Assembly: GCA_907165135.1 (NCBI GenBank)
Contig: OU015568.1
Coordinates: 2,170,001 to 2,234,000 of the forward strand
DNA length: 64,000 bases
Source of the DNA: Oikopleura dioica
Lineage: Eukaryota; Animalia; Chordata
Reading direction: 5' to 3'
This document shows positions 11,298-23,751 of the stretch, piece after piece (the stretch's first letter is position 1; each line of letters opens with the position of its first letter). The position numbers were made by a program, and so were the translations under genes. The notes beneath the pieces are model-generated. The model did not search any database, was not told the DNA's origin, and worked only from the letters and a program-made list of their open reading frames with translations.

Positions 11298-12949
11298 AAA
11301 CTGCAATAAACTCCTACATTGATCTGTGGGTAGATAATTACACTTGCCGATTGAAAAGGCCGCAGCAGAGTGAAAGTCTGCCCAGCAACGAAGAAAAGGT
11401 CAAGTGAGGGCGTTTTTGCCCTCTTCCGGGTGCGCTTATCGGACCATTGCTTTAGAAAAAAAGGGGGTGGAGATAAGGGGATTTGAAGCATTGGTTGAGG
11501 AATTGAAAGATAATGCATTATTATTTCTGAAGATAAATATTTGTTATCGTCGTTGATTTTGAAAAGTGTACAAAAGAGCATCCTCATGCTTTCTCCAAGG
11601 TCTGCGGTAAAAAGTCTAAACACCATTGATGATTTACAAGCATAATTAACGCCCTTGACTCTTAGTTTCTGACTTTTCGTCTCGCAGGTCTCAACTTATT
11701 CATAGGTTCATTTAGATTATCCTCCATTCTTTATTCGCTAAACCGGAAATGCTTTTTTTCTTAGGCTTATCATCATAACATGCCGTTTTATCCCAAGCTG
11801 GGAGGGCTTATGCACTTATGATATGCGGCATTTCGACGCTTTTCTTTATCTAAAACGGTCTTCTTACACTTAAACTTTTCCTTAAATCATCCTTAAAACT
11901 AATAAATTTTTTTAATTAAATGAATTAATTGCTTGGGAAAAGTTTCTAAGGCAATTTCAAAAAATATTTATATTTCGGAGCTTAAAAAAATACTTGACGA
12001 TATAACTACCGCATGAAAAAAAGACATGTCCTAGTGGTATGTCAAAAATGAACTTTGGTTGCTTTACACATTTCTTGAGAAATACTTTCGCGCCGCGAAC
12101 AAAAGTATTTTGCTCTGTCTAAAAGTCTCACATACGGTTTTCCGAATTTGATAAATTCTAGTTTAAAGAAATCTGAGAAGAAAATAAGCATGATAAAATC
12201 GAAAGTCTGGTTCATTTCAAACTTGCCTAATTAAGTGACTGTACAGTCAAAATTCTATTACCTGGACCAAAACAGGGTTGTGTCTACAATAGCCCTGGGC
12301 AGTTTTTTTGGCTGCGCCACACCACCATGATTCTGAGCTTGGTGGTGCTTGCTCGTCTTAAATATCACTAGGGTGCGCCTGAACTTCAGGTTCAATTTCT
12401 GGAAACGATTCTTTTCCGATGAAAATAACAATTAAAAATACCTTTCATTCCAACACTGATCAATACAAAATAAAACAAACTTCGCAATGGGAGATCCTTT
12501 ATTTTTAAATGGTCAAACGAAAAAAAGTAACCATTTTTCAACAAGAAAATTAGCGAGAAAAGAATCCGCGATTAGCGGGTGGAATTTGTCATTTTCGGCT
12601 TGCGCCCCTAATTACCCTCCTTTCGGTCATCAATCATGTCCCCAGTTGTATTCCAAACTTGGCTACCCTAGGGCTTGCGACGCTACGGTCGGCTCTTTTT
12701 CAACAGTGTGCGCGGCGTTCTGATCGAGTGATTGAAAGAGCGGCGCTCCGAGGGGGCGCTGAGCAACCGCTCTAGCAAGCGAAGTTTTTTTTTTCTTTCT
12801 CTCCCTTGCCTTCAGCTCAAGACTCTCTCTCCCCTTTTCGCGCTTTCTCCCCTTAGCAAGTCTTCCCGCGAACTTTCTCCTCTCTTGACTCTCTCTCTCA
12901 CTTATTGACTAAGTGAACAAAAAAAAAGAAACACCATCCTCCCTTCTTA

Positions 12950-13057
12950 TAAACATTGAGTTATCAGCAGATTGCTGATAGAAGAAAGAGGATAAGTCCA
13001 CAAATAAAATCAAGAGAAGCAAGATCGGAAGCTTTGTGAAGGCAGCTCGGAAGAACG
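12950..13057 (+). other. Probable non-coding first exon downstream of a CT-rich promoter-like tract
   Basis: Ends at strong donor ACG|GTAAGT (13058); preceded by a pyrimidine-rich tract (12785-12900) and TATAAA-like motif; may splice to the TTTTTAG acceptor at 16179 upstream of the cyclin-like ATG. Start coordinate approximate. Confidence 0.35.
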
Positions 13058-14928
13058 GTAAGTCATAAAATACAAAATAATCATAAAGAAAAAAGGATAA
13101 GCTGGGGCAATAAAATATAATAAAAAAAACCCGGCATGCGACGCGAAAAGGTCTTGTCTCTTCTGAGAACTTGTCTTTTTACAGGAGTCTTTTGTCTGAA
13201 AGCACCTTTAAAAAAAAGGGTTCAAAACTGATGTCGAAATTTTTAGGCACCTTCCGGGCAAAACTGCTCAAGAGGGCAGCGGGTCCGAAGATTGGCCTCG
13301 ATTTTAAATGTAAATCCTTTTTTCACCTCGGAAAATTAAAAATAAGCTCTTTAATCTGTCGAATTTAACCAATCTCGAGCCCCTTAATTCATTGATTGAC
13401 TTTAAGGTGACCCCCGACGCTGATTGACAAATTTACTCAGCAATAAATTTGCTGGGGGTTGCGTTTTAGGGTTTTTTTTAAGGAGCTTGAGTCGTTCTGA
13501 GTAATCGCTGTTTTGGTTAAAATAGAAAGAGAGAGTGTCGATGTCGGCAGGATGCGCGGCACACGGCGGCGCAGCTCGTGAACTTGCACCTTCACAAGCG
13601 CCACATATTGGCTACGGGAAGCCCTTGAGCCCAGCCAGCAATCTAACTCGACTTCTTCCGCTAAACTTAATAAATCGAAATATATTTCGAATAAGATTTT
13701 TAGTTTCAAATCTTTCGAACTTTCGGTCGCGAGAAAATGAGATAAGTGGAGCCCTTATCTCAGCCGAGTTTTAGAAGTGGCCAAGCGGCCCGAGAAAAAA
13801 AGTTTACCTTGCCTTTTGCCGGTTATTTTTCTGATAAGAAGTTTGAAAATTATTTGATAAAAACTCTCGAAAGCTGAACTTTTTTGTTTCCAAAATAAAC
13901 TCATTGAAATTGACCGAGTTTTTTGAAAAATAAATTCAAAAGAAAAACTCAACAAGAACTACGGCCCTAAGTTTTTGTTTGAATTCAGTTTTCAAAATAA
14001 AGTTTTTTTTTGAGGTCATTGGGTCCAAATGACCTTCCAAAAATAGACGTACTGGAACATGGTGTCCCAAATGCGTGGTATCACCTTAATTCCAGCGCCC
14101 TGAGGACTTCGGTAGTCTTTGGCCTTCAGGGAATTTATACAAGATTAATTCACCCCTTCGCTTTTTTTATATCAACTGGTTCGGTCTTAAGGGATAAAGC
14201 CCTGTGTGGTGCTATCAAATTAAGGGAGTACTCCAGCGACGCACTTGACAAATAAGTGGGAGCTACCGAAGATCAGCCGCCGGCCGAAATAAAGTGGCTC
14301 GTTCGTTTTTTTTGTTTTCCAGTTTGAAAGCAAAATGCTTTTATAATTTTTAATGTTTACTCCTCTTTGTCTCGTTAAAAGTTCAAAGAAAATCGAACCA
14401 ACAAGAAATTTCTGAAAAAAAAGAAAATAACCTTTCGAATTGAATAAATAAGGGTCTACCCATGATAACGAAAAATCCTCAATAATCTTAATGAGAGTGG
14501 AAATTATTGAATAATATAAAGGAACTCTGCCGCTAATTTATTAACATTCATAACTTGACGGAAAACAATGTAGACGCCCTTAAATATTAACATGCCGGGC
14601 TTACAAGTGCCGGCGTTTTACAAAAGAAAGAAAAGGGTTGATCCTGGGAACGAACCAGTCAAATTGGCCAGGAAAAATCAATCTCATGCCTCCCTCAAAT
14701 ATTTTATATTTTTGATTTGACATGATTCTAATTAAAAATAAAAGAAAAACATAAGGAGATTTTCTTCAGGATATAATTTTGTGAAGGTATCATCAGTCTT
14801 CAAAGTTCGTTTTGAACAATTGACAATTGTTCCTGTTTTATATCAAAATACGTGTAAACCATTTAATAACATGATGAAATAACGCAAAAAATATAATTAC
14901 TTGTCTTCGTTTATTTTGATTATTTGAC

Positions 14929-15078
14929 GAACATCAAGTACCTAGGTAGCTGGGCTCGGAAACCTGTGAAGAAAACCTGAGTCAGGTCCTGATGAGCCTG
15001 ACAGCCGTGTTATTTCAGCTCTTCCAGACCTGACTCAGGTTTTCTTCACAGATTGCCGAGCCAAGCTACTTCATGTTC
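14929..15078. mobile_element. Foldback MITE-like element
   Basis: ~43-bp arms 14946-14988 and 15027-15069 (GAAGAAAACCTGAGTCAGGTC / GACCTGACTCAGGTTTTCTTC); a related half copy lies at ~6600-6640. Confidence 0.65.
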
Positions 15079-16277
15079 CTCAAATAATCGAAATAAACCA
15101 AGGCAAGTAATTTTATTTCATGCGTTATTTCATCATGTTATTTAGCTTTATAAACTTATTTTGACATAAAACAGGAGCAATTGTCAATTGCGCTTTTTGG
15201 ATTTTTATGTCGATATACTAACTTTTGCAAGGAATTTAAGGTATGGCGATTATTGGGGACGTTTGACCCGTGAAAACATATTTTCATGAAAACAGAAAAC
15301 ACGAATGTTTCATGTTTTCAGTCTCATAAACTTTTGCCCGCAGCGGGCAAGACAGACAAATGGCCCTGGCCGGAGCAATTGGCTCCTCGGCTCCCTCCAT
15401 TTTTTCTCATTTCAACGCGTCGCGAATTCGAAAAAAAGTGGTTCGATCCTTAGCTCGCAGAGATCATCTTCTGCCCCTCGCTCAGTCTCTCAATTTCTAT
15501 TTCACTCGCCAGGTCTACAAAAAAACAGACCAATTTTTTTTTTCGAAGAGAAAAGATTTTTTTCTTCAGTCCACAAATACCTCACGAGACAAACCAAAAA
15601 GATAGTTTTTTCTATAAAAGAAGAGAGAAATAAGAAGTTTTGAAGACTCATTTTCAAGGTTTGATTTTCTAGATTTTTTGTGTGAAATTTTGAATTTTGA
15701 AATCATAGAGGTGAACCTTTCCTTCTTACACTAAATCAGGAGAAAACTGCTGGAAAAAAAGACCTTTTCCTGCCAAAAATAAAGGGAAGTCGGCTAGAAT
15801 CGCCGAAAAAATACGACAAAAAATCGACTTTTCCGACAATTTTTCTGAAATCGTAATGCTACCGGACATCTGATGAGCCTAAAATTTGACTAAATTTTGG
15901 CCAAAATTCTCGTCATTATATTTCTTTCCTGGCGGGTCCCCTTAATAGTAAAAGCTCTTGACATTACCTTTGCGACAGTAAATTACAGTTCTTATTCAAC
16001 TGTGACGGAACTGCTACAGTAAAAACGTCACTTGAACAAATATTTAATTTTTCTACTTTTTCCTTTCCTCGCATTAAAAATGGGATAGACGCACAATCAT
16101 TTTATTTTATTTGCCGGCTTTCCTTTTTTTCCTAGAAAAGTCAACGCCAACGACAACTTGTCTCAAATTCTATTTTTAGAAGATGAGCTGACTGGTGCTA
16201 GAATTCTGCTGGTAAAGAAGTCTTATCACTAAGGGAGTCTACAGTAGAAGAAAAACAGAGAAAATCGACATCAAATC

Positions 16278-19200
16278 ATGACTGTGGGAGTTTTAAACAG
16301 GTAAAAATTTTGCTAAAATAATAAAAAAATAAATAAACTAGAATTTAAAATATAATTAAATGCGATTCAATCTATGACGCTGCTCTTTCAAGTGGAAAAT
16401 ACGTAAAGAAATAATAACTATGATCTACTATCGATAGTACCATCTTTAATATAACGTTTCAAGTCTATATTTATTTTCCATGCAGCTTGAATTTTAAGAC
16501 CGGCCGGATAATTAAATTAATACATAGCGCCTTGAACTCTCAGTTTTGAATCTTTCGAGGCACCTTTTTCTTCCTGGGTGGCCAAACTATTAATTAATAA
16601 CACTCGTAATGATCAAGATGGAAAGTTGAAGATTTACGGCAATAATTTCTTACCGGGTTCGATTTTAGCACGACTGCGAGCACAGCGCAAGATCACATCG
16701 ATACGAACATCGCGCGGCTGCAAACGATCCTGGAGAAGCCATCGCATGTCCCCAACTACGAAATTTTCGAAGATCAGAGCGACATGGTAAGTTGAAAAAA
16801 GATCAGAGCGGGTCTAGTGTCAAAATGTAATCGCGTTTATTATTTTAATTAAAAAGCCTTCCGGCCTGACTCGTCGCTTCAGTAACTATTTGAATAACTT
16901 AACTTGGTTTTTTGATCTTTTCTTATTAAAAATTGTTCCATTTTAGGACGCAACGAATCGGGATTACGATCGAAAGTTGCACTGCGTGACAAGTACGGAT
17001 CGCGAGCACTACACTTCGATGGTTTACTCTTGGGGCCGTTTTCTTGAGCTTGATGATCAGGCACTAATCGTGGCGATCAACATCTTCGACAAGATGTTCA
17101 CCGAGTACAGGTACAAGCAATTTTAAAGACAGAAAATTGGAACAAAAACGCCGGCTCGCTAAATATCAATGGCGACCATAATCACATTGGCAATGATGGT
17201 TGTTTTCAGAATTCAACCGAATCGTGACATTTGCCCCTATCAGTGCCTCAAAGTCAAAGCCGGAAAGCGAAAAACCAGCCCTTGCAGTATTTGCACTGTC
17301 TTCAAGGTAAGCATTTTTTCATTCAGCCGAGTTCATTTCCAATTCTTTTTTTCTAGTCAATGGTGACGTATGATTTGATGATTTGCGCGTTGCTACTCGC
17401 TGGGGAAAGGTTTTTCACGGTCGAGTACGGCTACCCAACTCAAGCTGCTGCGATAAGGTAAGAATAAAATTGATAACTTAAAACAGATCATAACCTAAAT
17501 TTTTGAATCGGCCACCCTGTGTAGGAATCTGAATCAGGGTTCAGAAAAAATTATCATGAAAAGCCGCGAAGCGGCTTTCTTTTAATCGAAGCCGCGACGC
17601 GGCTTCGCCACAAGTCAAAAAAAAAAATGAAAATGGTAAAAAAAACATCGAAATCAGGTGTTATTTTGTAGAATTGGACGTTTCATGCATAATTTAAAAC
17701 AGTTATTTTTGCTGAATTCAAACAAAATTTGTAGTCACATGCTTGAATTCCTCAACCCGATCGATGTGCTATACGACAACAACAACCAGCACAAGTTCAA
17801 GGAGCTGCGGAAGATCTCGTACGTCCAGAATCTGAAGCAGCAAATAGTCAAATTTCTCAATAACCACGGTAAGTCCAATTAATCAAGGCAAAAGTGAGCG
17901 GGCCCGGGTCGCGAGCGGGGGAAAGGGGATACGGTTATTGTCTATAAATCACTTGCTGGCACTCTCACGAAGGTGAAGTAAGCCCTTAAGTTGGGCGTTC
18001 TCCGGTGCTCCCTTTATATGTCTGAATGGCCACTCGAGCATCTGCTGTTGGTTTTTTATATGCGTCTCACGCACATACAGCTGAGCCAAGAGTCGCCAGA
18101 GCTGCTCTTGTAAAGAAACAGTTAATCATCTTATCTACCGTATCTTATGTAACAGTTTTGCGTACCGAGTTAATCAGCCAATCAAATTGTCCAAAACTCG
18201 AATTTATCCAATCAGAAGCCTGGTTTTTTGTGAAAAATTGGAAAATTATCTAAAATCATTCAGACAGTTTTTCAATTATTTGATTGGCCGAAAGTTCTCA
18301 AAAGGAAATTTGATTGGATAAATGAATCGACAAAATAAGCCCTTCGCTAAACAAAAATTCAGCTTATGAACCAACGCCGGCGTTCGAGTTCATGAAGATC
18401 TTCACTTCCCTGCTACAGCCCTATATTCCTGAAGCTTCAATCGAGCGGCTACTGTATAAACTGGCGGAGACGCACAAATGGACCCAATGCTTGAAACACA
18501 AGGTAACAATTTTTGAGCCGCTCTCTCGTACTAATAGCCTTTTTACTAGCATCAATTACTGGCACTTATGCTCGTCCGAAAAGAAATCAAAACAATCGAC
18601 TCGCCCTGCGCCAAGGAGACCTTTCAACTTATCATCGATTTTCTAATGGTAACTTTTTGAATAATTGATTAATTCAAAATTGAAAATTGAAAATTGAAAA
18701 TCAGCTTGTCAAAATTTACCATTGGCGCGAGCCGATGTACAGATTCGCAAACAGAATTTGTAAAGATTATTTGCGGATTATTAATCTTGGCACCTGCCGC
18801 AGCAGCTATATTTTATGAAAACGCGCGGCGGTTAAATGATTAAATTTCACAATTTTCGATTCTGCCAGAATTTCGAAAATTAAGAAATTAGAAATTTCTA
18901 AAATGAACTTTCAGATCTCCGAAACGGACCTGGATAGATGCGAAAAGGTGTACGAAGCTTGCAAATATGAAGCAAAAAACAAAGAGCGACAAAATAAGAC
19001 GCAAATTATGGACATGATCAAGCACAACATGTATTTCTCGCAGACCAGCCGACGCACCAAGCTCAAATTCAAGAGTGACGTCCGTTTAACGTAAGTTTTT
19101 TGACCTTAAAAATCGAGAAACCGCTTGCGGCTTCGAGTAAAGTAAAAATAGCCGCGATCCGCGCGGCTTGAATTTAATTGCACTCGAAGCCGCAAGCGGC

Positions 19201-19608
19201 TTCTCGATTTTTTTCTATCTCAAAATTTTTAAAATCATAAAACTGACAATTTATTTCAGCGAGCGAAAGCAGCTGTACTACACAACTGTTTACTCTGGGT
19301 CGAAGCCAAAAATGATCCGTCTGGATCCCCCAGCTGAAAAGGAGGAAGACACTTATTACGAGGAGCTGCGCAACAGCCCAGTTTCTCAAATGGAGACTTC
19401 CGAAGCTGAAGAAACGCCCAAAGCGAGCTCGCCAAAAGCGAGTCTGGCACTGGTCGCCTGGAAGCCCTCGCCGTTGATGCTGCTCCCCGACTTGGCTGCT
19501 AGAAACGCTAGAATCAGCAACATCGTGCCCAAATCAAGCCCAAAATCAACGGAACCAGCAGCCACGGTTGAACTACCCACGGCGCAAGGAAAATCTTCCA
19601 ATTCCTAA
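16278..19608 (+). CDS. Divergent cyclin-fold protein, ~9 exons with long introns
   Basis: GT-AG exons give TDREHYTSMVYSWGRFLELDDQALIVAINIFDKMF (cyclin-box helices), LMICALLLAGE, PTPAFEFMKIF and a PEST-like tail. One internal exon (~18700-18800) is unresolved. Confidence 0.55.
18178..18317. promoter_or_regulatory. Two inverted CCAAT doublets, each with 30-bp spacing
   Basis: CCAAT at 18178 and 18208; ATTGG at 18283 and 18313. Confidence 0.5.
19120..19210. repeat. Nested-palindrome dispersed repeat (best-preserved copy)
   Basis: Arms AAATCGAGAA(A/G)CCGCTTGCGGCTTCGAGT / ACTCGAAGCCGCAAGCGGCTTCTCGATTT around the central palindrome AGCCGCG-N-CGCGGCT; further copies at ~6535, 8155, 8805, 17560, 21635-21815, 23225 and 39205. 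Confidence 0.8.
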
Positions 19609-21028
19609 TTCACGAATTTCTCGAAATTCTCCAAGTTCTTGAATTCTAGATAAAAAGTTCCCTTTTTTTTATTTTACCATCATTATTGACACATACACAT
19701 CTCCGTATCCGTCCGCCCCTTCCTTCTAAAATTCATTTGTCTTTTCACAAAATTTAAAAATAATTCATTTTTTTTTTTGAAAAATTCAATTCAATTTTTT
19801 TGTACCGGCCGCCCTGAGACGAGACCCTGCAGCGGTTAATCCGCCTGTGGCCGAGATCGTCCGTCTCCAGGTCCAGAAATAGCCACCGTCATTCCTTTGC
19901 CTTTTTATACAACTAAAACTGCTTTTTTGCTACTTTTTTTTGTCATTTTCAATTTTCAATTTGAGTTTAGTAACCTTTACCAATGGTTCCGACCGAGTTC
20001 ATTTTCAAAATTCTTTAAATTTCATCCTCCTTTTTCAAACATGATTTCTCAGAAAAAAATTGAAGTCGAGACAGTTCTAGAGTAGCGCAGGCTATTCTAG
20101 TGGCTTTCTCTGGCTTCTAGAGACCCTAGAAGGGGCCTTAAAAACATCATCTTTTTTTCTTGAGACTGAAATCGTGTAATTTAAATTCCCTCTTTATTTT
20201 GCTGCTGCCACCTTAACAAAATGACTTCAAGAAAGAAATTCGTTCCGAAAACGTAAAATATGTCTCTGCTCTTTCTAGTTCCGTCTAAATTTCATTTCAT
20301 CAATGTGATCAATTGTTCCTTGAAAATTCTAAACCGCTTCTTGTTATTTTTTCTCAAATTTTATATTTTTTCATCCAGGCCCAAATTTCAAATTATCAGT
20401 TTTTTTCGGTAAAAAAGGGTTTTTTCGACTTGAAAAATTATTAATGAAATAATAAAAATCGGCCATTTGAGATTTTTTCAAGAAAAAAACTCTTTTTTTT
20501 TTTTAATTTTTTAGTTTTTCAATTTTCATTTTAATAATTAAACATGGCCATCTTTGATAAAGGTGGCTCCCTTTTCAACCCTCCCGAGCATGATTCAGTC
20601 ACATGATCGGAAGTCGTTTTATTTTTATCAGTCAAATTTTATTATTTAGTCACCGCTAGCTCTTAAGATTCTTTCTCTTCTCTTCACTGTTTAAGGTTGT
20701 AATCAACGATTTTTTAATTTTCAATTATCAAATTTTAAATTTTCCCAATTTTTTAATTTTGCGGGAAGTTTTCGATCCGCCCAGGCGGCGATCGAAATTT
20801 TCAGCTCGCGCTTTTTCTTATATTTTTTCGTACTGAATCGGCTTTTCTGCCGGTTGAAGGTGTTTTTTTTCTTTTCATCGTTATTTCTATTTTGAAAATA
20901 CTACTGACTTATGTTTTACATTTTAACATGTTTGAAACAAATTTAAGACCATTTAAAACAAACAAATCCACAAACAGGACATCGAATCTAGGGCCACCTC
21001 TTTCCTTCATCCCTTTTTCTTCTCTCAG

Positions 21029-21063
21029 CCAATCAAAAAGCCGCCACGAGCGCTTGAGCCAAT
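21029..21063 (+). promoter_or_regulatory. CCAAT doublet, 30-bp spacing
   Basis: AGCCAATCA at 21027 and AGCCAATGA at 21057. Confidence 0.45.
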
Positions 21064-21304
21064 GAGAAGTATCTTGGCTTTTGATCTGAGCCGACCCGAC
21101 TTTTCGCAAACTGGTTTTTGGGAAGTTTTAAATCCGGGTCGGGAAAAAAACCAACAACCATTGATTTTGAACCCTTTTCGATTCTTTGTTCTATTGCTCC
21201 TTTCTTTTCATTTAGAATAAATCAATTACAGTCCACTATTCGTAGCGGTGTTATAATTTTCCGAAACTCCCGTTCTCAAGTTGCGAGTCCCGTTTTTTCT
21301 GTTT

Positions 21305-21478
21305 TCATCTTTCTTCTCTTTTTTCCAGCAGCTTTTGAACTTTTTTCTTCTCCTTTTTCTTCTTCTTCCAACTTTTATTCGTCTTAGTGCAAGAGAAAAA
21401 AATACAGATTTCATCAAAAAAATCATCGAAAAGTTCTTGTTCTTTTTCTGCGATCTGGCTTGTCCATACTCGCAAAAC
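21305..21478 (-). CDS. Possible terminal coding exon of an unidentified gene (Lys-rich C-terminus)
   Basis: TTTCAG acceptor followed by an open frame LRVWTSQIAEKEQELFDDFFDEIC...KKKKKEKKKVQKLLEKREER*; upstream exons not resolved; coordinates approximate. Confidence 0.25.
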   Translation of the reverse strand, partial: VLRVWTSQIAEKEQELFDDFFDEICIFFSCTKTNKSWKKKKKEKKKVQKLLEKREER

Positions 21479-23751
21479 TGAAACACTTGAATATTATATT
21501 TAACTCAATACCTGTGCTTACTTTGAATAACAAGAAAATAAAACTCTTGAAAAAAATACCGATGTCTCATTTTTTTTGTCATTCTTGATGCAAAATATCA
21601 AAAAAAAATTTACAAGCAGGATTGTCAGAAAGCTGCTCGCGGCTTCTACCATAATAATTTTATAGCCGCGGCAAGAGCGGCTTTTATTTCCTTTCTTGAT
21701 TTTCAGAAACAGATATAATAAGAAGGAAAGTCGTAAATTCGAGCAAATTGACCGAAAAAGCCGCGTAGCGCGGCTATTTTTTCTCGACTCGAAGCCGCAT
21801 GCGGCTTCTCGATTTGAATTCATTCGAACTTGACAAGAATTTTCGGTTCAAATCGGTTCAGTAAGTTTAAAATCGCCCCTTTGGATTTCAAAGTCAAACA
21901 GAAGCGTTGTTGTTTTACCACGAAAAAAATAAAAAATGGTCTTTCCGGCGAGCGAATGTGGTCAGAGCACGTGCTGGCTGTCAATACAAGTTATTGATAG
22001 GGCATTGTTTGTGGATTCGGATTGAGTTTCCCATTCTTGTTCGCGGCAGTGATAAATGGCCCGCTCGACCTCTCAGACAAGGGGCATTCAAAAGTGATCG
22101 ACCATGCAGCGTGGCTGTTCTGCGCAAGTTCAAATATTAAAAAATGAAAAACGAAAAACGAAATTTGAAATTGAAGTCGGCTTTGTCAAGAAATGTCAAG
22201 AAGAGCTTCCGCTTTGCGGAATAATGTATCACAAACGCTTCCGCCAAAGAAACATTTAAAATTGAGGAGAATTTTTTTTCCTTCTTGGCCAAGGACGTTT
22301 GTTCTTTTAACCCCGGAACGCATGGCTATTTTTGCCAATTTTTGACCATTTTTTAACCGAATATTGTCGCGATTTGGGCATAAAGAGAATAAAAATCCGG
22401 GTTTATATATTATAACCGGACTCTAAGCTACAAAAATATAACTTGAGCGTGGTCATATTATATGCGTATATCAAATATAATATGGGTTTTTTGATGAGCA
22501 AAATCTTATTACCCAAAAATGGGTCAAATATGCGTTCCGGCGTTAAATACAAATTTTTGAGCTTGTTTTTAAGTTTCGCTTAAAAATGAATAATTTCAAA
22601 GAAGAGGTAATTGAGTTCTGTCGAGATAGGATGCAACATGTGCTCCTTGACCGTTTTTATAGCGATAAGAAACCGCAATTGTAGTTTACATGCAGCTCGC
22701 GGGCCGCTATCTTCGCTGGCGGTCCACAAGCCGCCGACGTTGGAAAAGTGAGCGAAAACTGAATCAGCGCTGTTTTTACAGTTTTACGGAGAGAGCCGTG
22801 GGATCAGAGTCCATCAATAACGCCCCGGATTATCCGAATTTATTTGAAGCATTTTGATGTTTTGTGTTTGGCTGGGCTCCCGCCACGCTGCCCCACAGTG
22901 ATCATGTATTGTTTCTAGATGAACTGGCTTCCGTTGGAGTAACTTTTCTTTCGAAATGAAGAATCACATCTTAGATTACTGTCCTGTATCTGAGTTACAG
23001 CATCTCTCCTATTTGAAATCGCGTCCAGCAAAACGAAGCCCCAAGCCTTTCAAACCTTCTCTTTTGGGGATCTAGATTTTGATTGGCCGGTAGACCAAAT
23101 ACAGCAATCTTATTGGTTATCCAAATATTCACTTCCGTAAATTGGTTTAGTCCCTCTTTTGGGACCCTGATTCAGGTTTTTGATTCGAATTTAGCCGATT
23201 ACTGCTTTATCGTATTTTTTGCTCGAAGCCGCAAGCGGCTTCTCGAATTTTATCAATTTTTACTTTCGAAAATTCTTCAAAACCACAATCTGCCAAGTGC
23301 CCTGCATTTCTTTTTTCAGCTAAGAACTCCATTAGCAGTTAACATGGGAATGAGTTAACCCGAAGCAGAGCACGTGAGAGATACTACAGAAGCACGTGAC
23401 GCGACCTTAACTTGTAAAACACGATTCCGCGGTCCGCCTGAGATATTTTTCGCTGTCTGTTCATTTCAAATTAGCCTGGAAAGACAGCGATTGCGCGAGA
23501 AAATAGAAGCTGGAATCGACGTGGGAAATGTTATTTTTAAGTGTTAGAATTTGATTTGTCTGGGTGTCAGCGCAAGCGATGCCCGTTCAAAAACGATCAT
23601 TTATACAGCTGAATAAAGCTCAACGGTCGAAATTATTCGGCAGGTGGAATCTTTCGGAAGTCACTTCCGAAAGGACAATTTGAAAAAAAAGAAACGACAA
23701 AATTAGAATTTTTTATTAAGTTTTTTCTTCCAGATGAGTAAAATGAGTAAT

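Larger units (their letters stand above)
9789..11320 (+). mobile_element. Penelope-like retroelement, 5'-truncated, with inverted pseudo-LTRs
   Basis: 231-bp inverted repeat (9814-10044 vs 11090-11320) flanks an RT-thumb/GIY-YIG ORF; 12-bp direct repeat GATCTGTGGGTA (9777-9788, 11321-11332) flanks the insertion. Confidence 0.88.

Noticed and set aside
11189-11626. 145-aa minus-strand ORF
   Set aside because: Runs through the Penelope pLTR and flanking non-coding DNA; no recognisable product.
4900-12000. Apparent abundance of GATA (GATAA/TTATC) sites
   Set aside because: Cannot be distinguished by eye from background in AT-rich DNA; needs a statistical test.
13437-13774. GC-rich ORFs 13437-13709 and 13535-13774
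   Set aside because: No family motifs or convincing splice partners; more likely regulatory DNA.
15870-15915. Hammerhead-like CTGATGAG plus stem
   Set aside because: The conserved GAAA is replaced by CAAA and no stem I/III is evident. The CTGATGAG motifs at 14988 and 33681 also lack a downstream core.
17530-23175. Possible large element bounded by CTGAATCAGGGT / ACCCTGATTCAG
   Set aside because: Only a 12-bp inverted match, with no TSD, and it would cut through the cyclin-like gene; probably unrelated MITE ends.
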